From IMG/VR virus record IMGVR_UViG_2744054872_000005: a DNA stretch of 60,920 bases; one strand, 5' to 3'. Both the position numbers and the translations under genes were made by a program. Below are positions 53,794 to 60,920 of this stretch, piece after piece. Source of the stretch: a virus (taxonomy: Duplodnaviria; Heunggongvirae; Uroviricota; Caudoviricetes). Within the stretch, counting starts at the first letter, position 1. Every line of letters begins with the position of its first letter. The notes below the pieces were generated by a model. It saw nothing but the letters and a program-made list of their open reading frames with translations, was not told where the DNA came from and made no database searches.

Positions 53794-54219
53794 TCAATGC
53801 ACAGCCACAATATTTCCTGCAGGGCCACCACGATTCATCTGGTTGAAACCAGCGATCGCCACTGCGACAAAATCATCAGCGTCTCTCACCAGTCGTTCCC
53901 GCGTCTCCACTAGTTCCCGAAAATAGGCTGAGCTATGGCTGCGCATTCGGGCCACCAGCAGAGGTGGCATTGCTTTTTCGATAGCTGGTAACAACGCCTG
54001 AATTTTTTCAACTGCATCAGGGGTGTCTTTCTCTACCCAGCGGAAAATTTTCTGGGTATTGCGAGCCAGGGCTTCCGGATGGCTGTCGTCATACAGTTCT
54101 GGGAACGTCATACCCAGTTCAAAATAAGCCCTGGTTATTTCAGCTGCCGGAACTTTTTCACCGTCCGGATGCGCCCAGGCATTCATCGCCATGCGGATGT
54201 GTTCATGCTTGATTTTCAT
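53794..54219 (-). CDS. ydaT: YdaT-like protein (CII-position regulator of Rac-type prophages)
   Basis: 141 aa starting MKIKHEHI; immediately downstream of the ydaS-like gene. Confidence 0.6.
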   Translation of the reverse strand: MKIKHEHIRMAMNAWAHPDGEKVPAAEITRAYFELGMTFPELYDDSHPEALARNTQKIFRWVEKDTPDAVEKIQALLPAIEKAMPPLLVARMRSHSSAYFRELVETRERLVRDADDFVAVAIAGFNQMNRGGPAGNIVAVH

Positions 54220-54484
54220 GAATCAAGCTCCTAGAAAGTGGTTGTGTTAACATTTTGGTATCTTCCAGCTCGGGCCAAATATTCATCCAATCAAAAGGCC
54301 TTAGTTGCTGACGTGTAACTTCACCATTACTGGCTCGCTCAATAAGGACACATAACGATGCCCCTAACACTTGACCTTTACTCAATGCCTTTCTTAGATA
54401 ACCGATGCTGGTACCACACTCGCATGCAAACATACGCTGTTCATCTGACGAAAGAGAATTGAGAAATATTCTTAATTCTTCCAT
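54203..54484 (-). CDS. ydaS: YdaS-like Cro-type HTH regulator
   Basis: 93 aa; divergent from the repressor gene with shared operator region. Confidence 0.6.
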   Translation of the reverse strand: MEELRIFLNSLSSDEQRMFACECGTSIGYLRKALSKGQVLGASLCVLIERASNGEVTRQQLRPFDWMNIWPELEDTKMLTQPLSRSLIHENQA

Positions 54485-54511
54485 AGCTACTCCTTAGTAA
54501 ACACAGCAAAG

Positions 54512-54555
54512 AATACCCACAGGTAAACAAAAGTCAATACCCACAGGTTGTTTAC
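54512..54555. promoter_or_regulatory. immunity-region operators: two direct AATACCCACAGGT repeats with flanking GTAAACAA/TTGTTTAC
   Basis: Located between the divergent racR-like and ydaS-like genes. Confidence 0.55.
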
Positions 54556-54584
54556 CTTGCAGTAATCGCATCTATTATTTACCT

Positions 54585-55004
54585 ATGGACAAATATGAAT
54601 TTAGACGACAGCAACTCATCAAAATTCGTGATGAGAAATGCGATGGTAAAGCGGTTAACGTGGCCAGAAAGATCGGGCGCGAGCCTTCTTATGTATCAAG
54701 AATGTTGTACCCAGAGGGGAAAAAGGGAAAAAAACGGATCGCTGATGATATGGTGGAGATTATCGAAGAGTCCTTTGGGTTACCCCGGGGATGGATGGAT
54801 GGTATCGTTTCATCATCAACGAACACAGCCTCCAGTTATGAAACAAGGGTTCTAACGCCACGACAACGTATTTTTTTAGATCTCTTAGACGAACTGCCAG
54901 AAAGTGAAGCGGATAACTTATTAAAAACTCTTGAAGAGAAAAAACAGTATTACAATATGATCTACGAAGAAATCCGTAAAAAGAAAGCACAAAACGCATC
55001 ATAG
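54585..55004 (+). CDS. racR: prophage repressor (RacR-like HTH)
   Basis: 139 aa with N-terminal HTH (NVARKIGREPSYVSRMLY); divergent from ydaS-ydaT. Confidence 0.6.
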   Translation: MDKYEFRRQQLIKIRDEKCDGKAVNVARKIGREPSYVSRMLYPEGKKGKKRIADDMVEIIEESFGLPRGWMDGIVSSSTNTASSYETRVLTPRQRIFLDLLDELPESEADNLLKTLEEKKQYYNMIYEEIRKKKAQNAS

Positions 55005-55269
55005 CTCACCAAACAACTAGTCACCAGTTAAGACACCGCAAAAAGTTACCCATGGGTATTTACTTTTTAAATACCTATGGGTAACCTTCTTTTCATACCA
55101 ACCCACCCCGCCCCACAGAATGCAGGGCAATACTTCGAGTTACCAGGCAGTGGTCAGGGGTTAAGTAGCCAGCCCGAGGCGTAAGAACATGACGGCAGGG
55201 TTCAACTTTAATAACTATGCAGCAGGTTTTTGTTCCGCTACCCCGGCGTTAAGGGGAAATGAGGTCAGC

Positions 55270-55425
55270 ATGGATACTATCGATCTTGGCAACAGCGAAT
55301 CTCTGGTATGTGGCGTGTTCCCCAACCAAGACGGTACGTTCACCGCGATGACGTATACCAAAAGCAAAACGTTTAAAACCGAAAATGGTGCCCGTCGCTG
55401 GCTGGAAAGAAACTCAGGTGAGTGA
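55270..55425 (+). CDS. ydaF: YdaF-like small protein (DUF1391)
   Basis: MDTIDLGNSESLVCGVFPNQDGTFTAMTYTKSKTFKTENGARRWLERNSGE matches Rac YdaF by recall; the listed ORF starts further upstream. Confidence 0.65.
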   Translation: MDTIDLGNSESLVCGVFPNQDGTFTAMTYTKSKTFKTENGARRWLERNSGE

Positions 55426-55426
55426 T

Positions 55427-55555
55427 ATGGATTTCGACACAATCATGGAAAAGGCTTACGAAGAATACTTCGAAGGTCTTGCCGAAGGCGAAGAAGCTCT
55501 CAGCTTCAACGAATTTAAACAGGCGCTTTCCAGTTCGGCAAAATCTAACGGCTGA
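55427..55555 (+). CDS. ydaG: YdaG-like small protein (42 aa)
   Basis: ORF MDFDTIMEKAYEEYFEGLAEGEEALSFNEFKQALSSSAKSNG directly after ydaF; below the ORF-track cut-off. Confidence 0.45.
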   Translation: MDFDTIMEKAYEEYFEGLAEGEEALSFNEFKQALSSSAKSNG

Positions 55556-55584
55556 TAAGCGAAACAGCACCGCGAGGAATCAGT

Positions 55585-55800
55585 ATGCAGAAACGAGAAC
55601 CCGTCATCATCGCGCCAGACTATACCGATGATGAACTTTATGAGTGGATGCACCAGAAAATTAATGCAGCGCAGGATCTGAAATGGGCCAATGAAGCTAG
55701 GGCTAAGCAGGCTGAAAATCTGTCCGCTCTGGAGCAGGATATCACCAATCTGGAAAAAGCAGCAGCATTAAGCATTGCCAGAATGATTACAGGTTGGTAA
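55585..55800 (+). CDS. RacC-like small prophage protein
   Basis: 71 aa with GAGGA RBS; position as in the Rac early-left operon. Confidence 0.45.
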   Translation: MQKREPVIIAPDYTDDELYEWMHQKINAAQDLKWANEARAKQAENLSALEQDITNLEKAAALSIARMITGW

Positions 55801-56339
55801 TAAAGGAGTTCTCCACGGGTGAGGTGGAGTGCGTGTGCCGGACACGGGTGAGCATCCGGCACTGACAGTTTACTGAAAGGATATTTCCCTGAAAAGTCAG
55901 ACCATAACGCGAAAGCGCACGGCGAGGTAGCTGGTTCATAGATAGCCTGTCGTTAAATTTTCGTCGACCGTGCGCTTCCGGTTGTGGCAATCCGCGAAAT
56001 GGCGCGGCGGTAAGTATGGCGGGGTTATTCCTTCCCCCGTTGAGGACACCGGGTTGTCAGGTTGACCATACGCTTAAGTGACAACCCCGCTGCAACGCCC
56101 TCTGTTATCAATTTTCTGGTGACGTTTGGCGGTATCAGTTTTACTCCGTGACTGCTCTGCCGCCCTTTTTAAAGTGAATTTTGTGATGTGGTGAATGCGG
56201 CTGAGCGCACGCGGAACAGTTAAAACCAAAAACAGTGTTATGGGTGGATTCTCTGTATCCGGCGTTAATTGTTAACTGGTTAACGTCACCTGGAGGCACC
56301 AGGCACCGCATCACAAAATTCATTGTTGAGGACGCGATA

Positions 56340-56528
56340 ATGAAAACGTTATTACCAAACGTTAATACGTCTGAAGGTTGTTTTGAAATTGGTGTCACTA
56401 TCAGTAACCCAGTATTTACTGAAGATGCCATTAACAAGAGAAAACAAGAACGGGAGCTATTAAATAAAATATGCATTGTTTCAATGCTGGCTCGTTTACG
56501 TCTGATGCCAAAAAGATGTGCACAATGA
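56340..56528 (+). CDS. hypothetical early-left-operon protein (about 62 aa)
   Basis: Internal ATG with GAGGA RBS in ORF 56235-56528. Confidence 0.3.
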   Translation: MKTLLPNVNTSEGCFEIGVTISNPVFTEDAINKRKQERELLNKICIVSMLARLRLMPKRCAQ

Positions 56529-56716
56529 ATTCAGCATTTGCGCTTGTTCTGACAGTTTTTCTTGTTTCCGGAGAGCCAGTTGATATTGCAGTCAGTGTTC
56601 ACAGGACAATGCAGGAGTGTATGACTGCAGCAACCGAACAGAAAATTCCCGGTAACTGTTACCCGGTCGATAAAGTTATTCACCAGGATAATATCGAAAT
56701 CCCGGCAGGTCTTTAA
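56516..56716 (+). CDS. hypothetical small protein with N-terminal signal-peptide-like segment (kil/sieB position)
   Basis: MCTMNSAFALVLTVFLVSGEP...; immediately upstream of the recE-like gene. Confidence 0.3.
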   Translation: MCTMNSAFALVLTVFLVSGEPVDIAVSVHRTMQECMTAATEQKIPGNCYPVDKVIHQDNIEIPAGL

Positions 56717-56809
56717 AACAGTTCCGTAATAAATATCCGGTTTCATTCTTATATGCCAGCAATGGCAGGGATTTATTCATCCTTAAATCTGTCATGAGGT
56801 TAAAATAAA

Positions 56810-59281
56810 ATGAGTAAAGTCTTTATTTGCGCCGCTATTCCTGACGAACTGGCAACAAGGGAAGAAGGCGCTGTGGCTGTAGCCACAGCCATTGAAGCTG
56901 GCGACGAACGCCGTGCTCGAGCAAAATTTCACTGGCAATTCCTGGAACATTATCCGGCTGCTCAGGACTGCGCTTATAAATTTATTGTCTGCGAGGATAA
57001 ACCTGGCATACCCCGCCCAGCCCTCGATTCATGGGATGCTGAATATATGCAGGAAAACCGCTGGGATGAGGATTCTGCTTCTTTTGTTCCGGTTGAGACT
57101 GAATCCGATCCGATGAACGTCACTTTTGACAAGCTGGCCCCTGAAGTACAGAACGCTGTCATGGTTAAGTTCGACACATGTGAAAACATCACCGTTGATA
57201 TGATTATTAGCGCGCAGGAATTGTTGCAGGAAGACATGGCAACATTCGACGGACATATCGTTGAAGCGTTGATGAAAATGCCAGAAGTTAACGCCATGTA
57301 TCCGGAGCTTAAGTTGCACGCCATTGGGTGGGTTAAGCATAAATGTATTCCTAGTGCTAAATGGCCCGAAATTCAGGCAGAGATGCGCATCTGGAAAAAA
57401 CGTCGCGAAGGTGAACGCAAGGAAACCGGAAAATACACGTCTGTTGTTGATCTCGCCCGCGCCAGAACCAATCAACAGTACACTGAAAATTCAACAGGAA
57501 AAATCTGCCCGGTCATTGCTGCCATTCATCGCGAATACAAGCAGACATGGAAAACACTGGATGACGAACTGGCCTACGCTCTCTGGCCTGGTGATGTGGG
57601 TGCCGGAAACATTGACGGCAGCATCCATCGCTGGGCAAAAAAAGAAGTTATCGACAACGACCGCGAAGACTGGAAGCGTATCTCGGCATCAATGCGCAAA
57701 CAGCCTGATGCCCTTCGCTACGACCGCCAAACTATTTTTGGCCTTGTCCGTGAGCGTCCGATCGACATTCACAAAGATCCCGTAGCACTGAACAAATATA
57801 TCTGCGAATACCTGACGACAAAGGGCGCGTTTGAGAATGAAGAAACAGACCTGGGCACTGTTGATGTTCTCCAGTCATCAGAAACACAAACTGATGCAGT
57901 GGAAACTGAGGTATCTGATATCCCAAAAAATGAAACCGCGCCGGAAGCTGAACCATCTGTAGAGCGTGAGGGGCCGTTCTATTTCCTCTTCGCAGATAAG
58001 GACGGAGAAAAATACGGTCGCGCAAACAAACTTTCTGGTCTGGATAAGGCACTGGCTGCTGGCGCCACTGAAATCACAAAAGAAGAATATTTTGCCCGAA
58101 AAAATGGCACATACACGGGCTTACCGCAAAATGTAGATACCGCTGAAGATTCAGAACAACCAGAGCCGATAAAAGTTACCGCTGACGAAGTAAACAAAAT
58201 TATGCAGGCAGCCAATATCAGCCAGCCTGACGCCGATAAGTTGCTTGCTGCATCACGTGGTGAATTTGTTGAAGGGATTAGTGACCCGAATGATCCGAAA
58301 TGGGTTAAGGGGATCCAGACCCGCGATTCTGTGAACCAGAACCAGCATGAATCGGAACGGAACTACCAAAAAGCGGAACAAAACAGTCCAAATGCGTTAC
58401 AAAACGAGCCAGAAACGAAACAGCCTGAACCAGTGGCGCAACAGGAAGTGGAAAAAGCCTGCACCGCTTGCGGTCAGACCGGCGGCGGCAACTGCCCTGA
58501 TTGTGGCGCGGTGATGGGCGACGCAACATACCAAGAAACATTCGATGAAGAGTATCAGGTTGAAGTTCAGGAAGATGATCCGGAGGAAATGGAAGGCGCT
58601 GAACATCCACACAAGGAGAACACTGGCGGCAATCAGCATCACAATAGCGATAATGAAACTGGCGAGACGGCAGATCACCCAATTAAGGTGAACGGTCATC
58701 ACGAAATCACATCCACCAGCAGGACGTGTGACCATCTAATGATCGACCTTGAAACCATGGGAAAAAATCCTGATGCCCCGATCATCTCAATAGGTGCAAT
58801 ATTTTTCGATCCGCAAACCGGAGATATGGGACCGGAATTTAGTAAGACTATCGATCTGGAAACTGCTGGCGGAGTCATTGATCGGGACACCATTAAATGG
58901 TGGCTTAAGCAATCACGCGAAGCGCAATCTGCCATTATGACCGATGAAATCCCGTTAGATGATGCACTGTTACAATTGCGGGAATTTATCGACGAAAACT
59001 CCGGTGAATTTTTTGTTCATGTCTGGGGAAATGGAGCCAACTTCGACAACACGATTTTGCGCCGTTCATACGAACGGCAGGGGATCCCCTGCCCGTGGCG
59101 TTACTACAACGATCGCGATGTACGCACAATCGTTGAGCTGGGGAAAGCCATAGACTTCGATGCCAGAACGGCTATTCCATTCGAAGGTGAGCGCCATAAT
59201 GCACTTGATGACGCCCGTTACCAGGCAAAATACGTTTCAGTTATCTGGCAAAAACTGATCCCGAGTCAGGCTGATTCTTAA
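56810..59281 (+). CDS. exodeoxyribonuclease VIII-like protein (RecE family region plus C-terminal DEDD-type 3'-5' exonuclease-like domain)
   Basis: 823 aa; segment DADKLLAASRGEFVEGISDPNDPKWVKGIQTRD recalled from Rac RecE; C-terminus has DLETMG...HNALDDA exonuclease-like motifs; sits upstream of xis-int. Confidence 0.5.
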   Translation: MSKVFICAAIPDELATREEGAVAVATAIEAGDERRARAKFHWQFLEHYPAAQDCAYKFIVCEDKPGIPRPALDSWDAEYMQENRWDEDSASFVPVETESDPMNVTFDKLAPEVQNAVMVKFDTCENITVDMIISAQELLQEDMATFDGHIVEALMKMPEVNAMYPELKLHAIGWVKHKCIPSAKWPEIQAEMRIWKKRREGERKETGKYTSVVDLARARTNQQYTENSTGKICPVIAAIHREYKQTWKTLDDELAYALWPGDVGAGNIDGSIHRWAKKEVIDNDREDWKRISASMRKQPDALRYDRQTIFGLVRERPIDIHKDPVALNKYICEYLTTKGAFENEETDLGTVDVLQSSETQTDAVETEVSDIPKNETAPEAEPSVEREGPFYFLFADKDGEKYGRANKLSGLDKALAAGATEITKEEYFARKNGTYTGLPQNVDTAEDSEQPEPIKVTADEVNKIMQAANISQPDADKLLAASRGEFVEGISDPNDPKWVKGIQTRDSVNQNQHESERNYQKAEQNSPNALQNEPETKQPEPVAQQEVEKACTACGQTGGGNCPDCGAVMGDATYQETFDEEYQVEVQEDDPEEMEGAEHPHKENTGGNQHHNSDNETGETADHPIKVNGHHEITSTSRTCDHLMIDLETMGKNPDAPIISIGAIFFDPQTGDMGPEFSKTIDLETAGGVIDRDTIKWWLKQSREAQSAIMTDEIPLDDALLQLREFIDENSGEFFVHVWGNGANFDNTILRRSYERQGIPCPWRYYNDRDVRTIVELGKAIDFDARTAIPFEGERHNALDDARYQAKYVSVIWQKLIPSQADS

Positions 59282-59353
59282 TGTTCAACTGTCGCCGGTT
59301 GTGACTGGTATTCTGCAACCGGCGCTCGTCTAATGTAAGAGATAAAGAAATCG

Positions 59354-59605
59354 ATGAGCGAAGTAATCATGATTGTCTCTCCCGGCAAATGGGTATCCGA
59401 AGAGCAGTTAATTGCGCTGAAAGGAATAAAAAAAGGTACGTTAAAAAAGGCCCGGGAAAAATCGTTTATGGAAGGAAGGGAATATAAGCATGTCGCTCAT
59501 GACGGTATGCCATGGGATAACAGCCCATGCTTTTACAACCTGGAAGAAATTGATCGCTGGATTGAGCGCCAGGCATCAGCAAGACCAAGACGTCATCTTA
59601 CTTGA
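59354..59605 (+). CDS. xis: excisionase (Xis, YdaQ-like)
   Basis: 83 aa, directly upstream of int. Confidence 0.6.
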   Translation: MSEVIMIVSPGKWVSEEQLIALKGIKKGTLKKAREKSFMEGREYKHVAHDGMPWDNSPCFYNLEEIDRWIERQASARPRRHLT

Positions 59606-59624
59606 CTAAAAGCCACACTAACTA

Positions 59625-60920
59625 ATGAGAGAAGTTGAAATGAAATATCCGACAGGCGTGGAAAACCATGGAGGGAAATTACGTATCTGGTTTGTTTATA
59701 AAGGCGTAAGAGTCAGGGAAAACCTGGGGGTTCCTGACACAGCAAAAAACAGGCGCGTTGCAGGCGAGCTACGCGCCTCTGTTTGTTACGCAATAAAAAC
59801 TGGTGTTTTCGACTATGCAAAACAGTTTCCCTCCTCACGCAATCTGGAAAAATTTGGTGAGACCCGACAAGATTTAACCATAAAAGAACTGGCTGAAAAA
59901 TTTCTGGCACTGAAAGAAACTGAAGTCGCAAAAACATCACTCAACACATACCGTGCCGTCATCAAAAATATCCTGAGCATAATCGGTGAAAAAAATCTTG
60001 CCTCATCGATTAATAAAGAAAAATTACTGGAGGTTCGTAAAGAGCTACTGACTGGATACCAGATCCCCAAAAGTAACTATATTGTTACACAACCAGGAAG
60101 ATCGGCTGTAACTGTAAATAATTACATGACAAATCTTAACGCCGTGTTCCAGTTTGGTGTTGATAACGGTTACCTGGCAGATAACCCGTTTAAGGGGATC
60201 TCGCCATTAAAGGAATCAAGAACCATTCCGGATCCTCTTTCGCGGGAGGAATTCATCCGTCTTATCGATGCGTGCAGAAATCAGCAAGCCAAAAATTTAT
60301 GGTGTGTTTCTGTTTATACTGGCGTTCGCCCTGGTGAGCTGTGTGCACTTGGATGGGAGGACATAGATCTGAAAAATGGAACAATGATGATCAGGAGAAA
60401 TTTAGCAAAAGACCGTTTCACGGTACCAAAAACACAGGCGGGAACCAATCGGGTCATTCATCTTATTAAGCCAGCAATCGACGCTCTCCGGAGTCAGATG
60501 ACATTAACGAGACTGAGCAAAGAGCATATCATTGATGTTCACCTCAGAGAGTATGGCAGAACAGAAAAACATAAATGCACCTTTGTTTTTCAACCTGAAG
60601 TGTCAGCGAGAGTAAAAAATTATGGTGACCATTTTACCGTTGACTCAATAAGGCAGATGTGGGACGCAGCGATAAAACGTGCCGGACTCCGCCATCGAAA
60701 ATCATATCAGTCGAGACATACTTATGCCTGCTGGTCGCTGACAGCTGGTGCTAACCCGGCATTTATAGCAAACCAGATGGGCCATGCAGATGCGCAAATG
60801 GTATTTCAGGTATACGGAAAATGGATGTCTGAAAACAATAATGCACAGGTAGCTTTGTTAAATACACAGTTAAGCGAGTTTGCCCCAACCATGCCCCATA
60901 ACGAAGCAATGAAAAATTAA
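59625..60920 (+). CDS. int: tyrosine integrase of the host prophage (complete, stop at window end)
   Basis: 431 aa; C-terminal catalytic residues (R...HxxR...Y), e.g. RHTYACWSLTAGANPAFIANQMGHADAQMVFQVYGKW. Confidence 0.85.
   Translation: MREVEMKYPTGVENHGGKLRIWFVYKGVRVRENLGVPDTAKNRRVAGELRASVCYAIKTGVFDYAKQFPSSRNLEKFGETRQDLTIKELAEKFLALKETEVAKTSLNTYRAVIKNILSIIGEKNLASSINKEKLLEVRKELLTGYQIPKSNYIVTQPGRSAVTVNNYMTNLNAVFQFGVDNGYLADNPFKGISPLKESRTIPDPLSREEFIRLIDACRNQQAKNLWCVSVYTGVRPGELCALGWEDIDLKNGTMMIRRNLAKDRFTVPKTQAGTNRVIHLIKPAIDALRSQMTLTRLSKEHIIDVHLREYGRTEKHKCTFVFQPEVSARVKNYGDHFTVDSIRQMWDAAIKRAGLRHRKSYQSRHTYACWSLTAGANPAFIANQMGHADAQMVFQVYGKWMSENNNAQVALLNTQLSEFAPTMPHNEAMKN

Noticed and set aside
56141-56476. 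111-aa minus-strand ORF opposite the small early-left genes
   Set aside because: Antisense to plus-strand genes with better start contexts and consistent operon direction; no recognisable features.

Overview
The window is dominated by one lambda-like prophage lying in reverse orientation (tail-fibre genes at the left, xis-int at the right edge). Its portal gene B is split in-frame by a ~10.8-kb satellite-like island. All protein and family assignments below are by eye and recall of lambda, Rac and Qin protein sequences; no database search was run. Left to right: a complete YdfJ-like MFS transporter (1-1284); an AT-rich spacer; then on the minus strand lambda tfa, stf, lom, J, I, K, L, M, H, T, G, V, U, Z, FII, FI, E, D, C/Nu3 and the 3' part of B. 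The island follows (22664-33479): P4-type integrase, AlpA, a frameshifted Bro-N gene, a divergent DUF3950-like gene, primase, an iteron origin, SSB, a lambda E-like capsid protein, a D-like decoration protein, a second AlpA-like gene, an exact copy of the helper cosN, and a Nu1-like small terminase. Then come the 5' part of B, W, A, Nu1, cos, ylcI, bor, Rz/Rz1, a SAR endolysin, a pinholin, two TolA-domain-III-like lipoproteins, tRNA-Arg(UCU), tRNA-Ile2(CAU), Q, rusA, a DUF968 gene and hok. Next is a block of chromosomal-type genes (MFS transporter, ChaC-like, LysR, DUF2254, BCCT transporter), and finally a Rac-like early region (replication protein, ydaT, ydaS, racR, ydaF, ydaG, recE-like exonuclease, xis, int). 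The most interesting feature is the island: it sits inside the helper's portal gene flanked by an 8-bp direct repeat, carries helper-identical cosN with its own cosB and TerS, and encodes its own capsid and decoration proteins but no portal, protease or large terminase.
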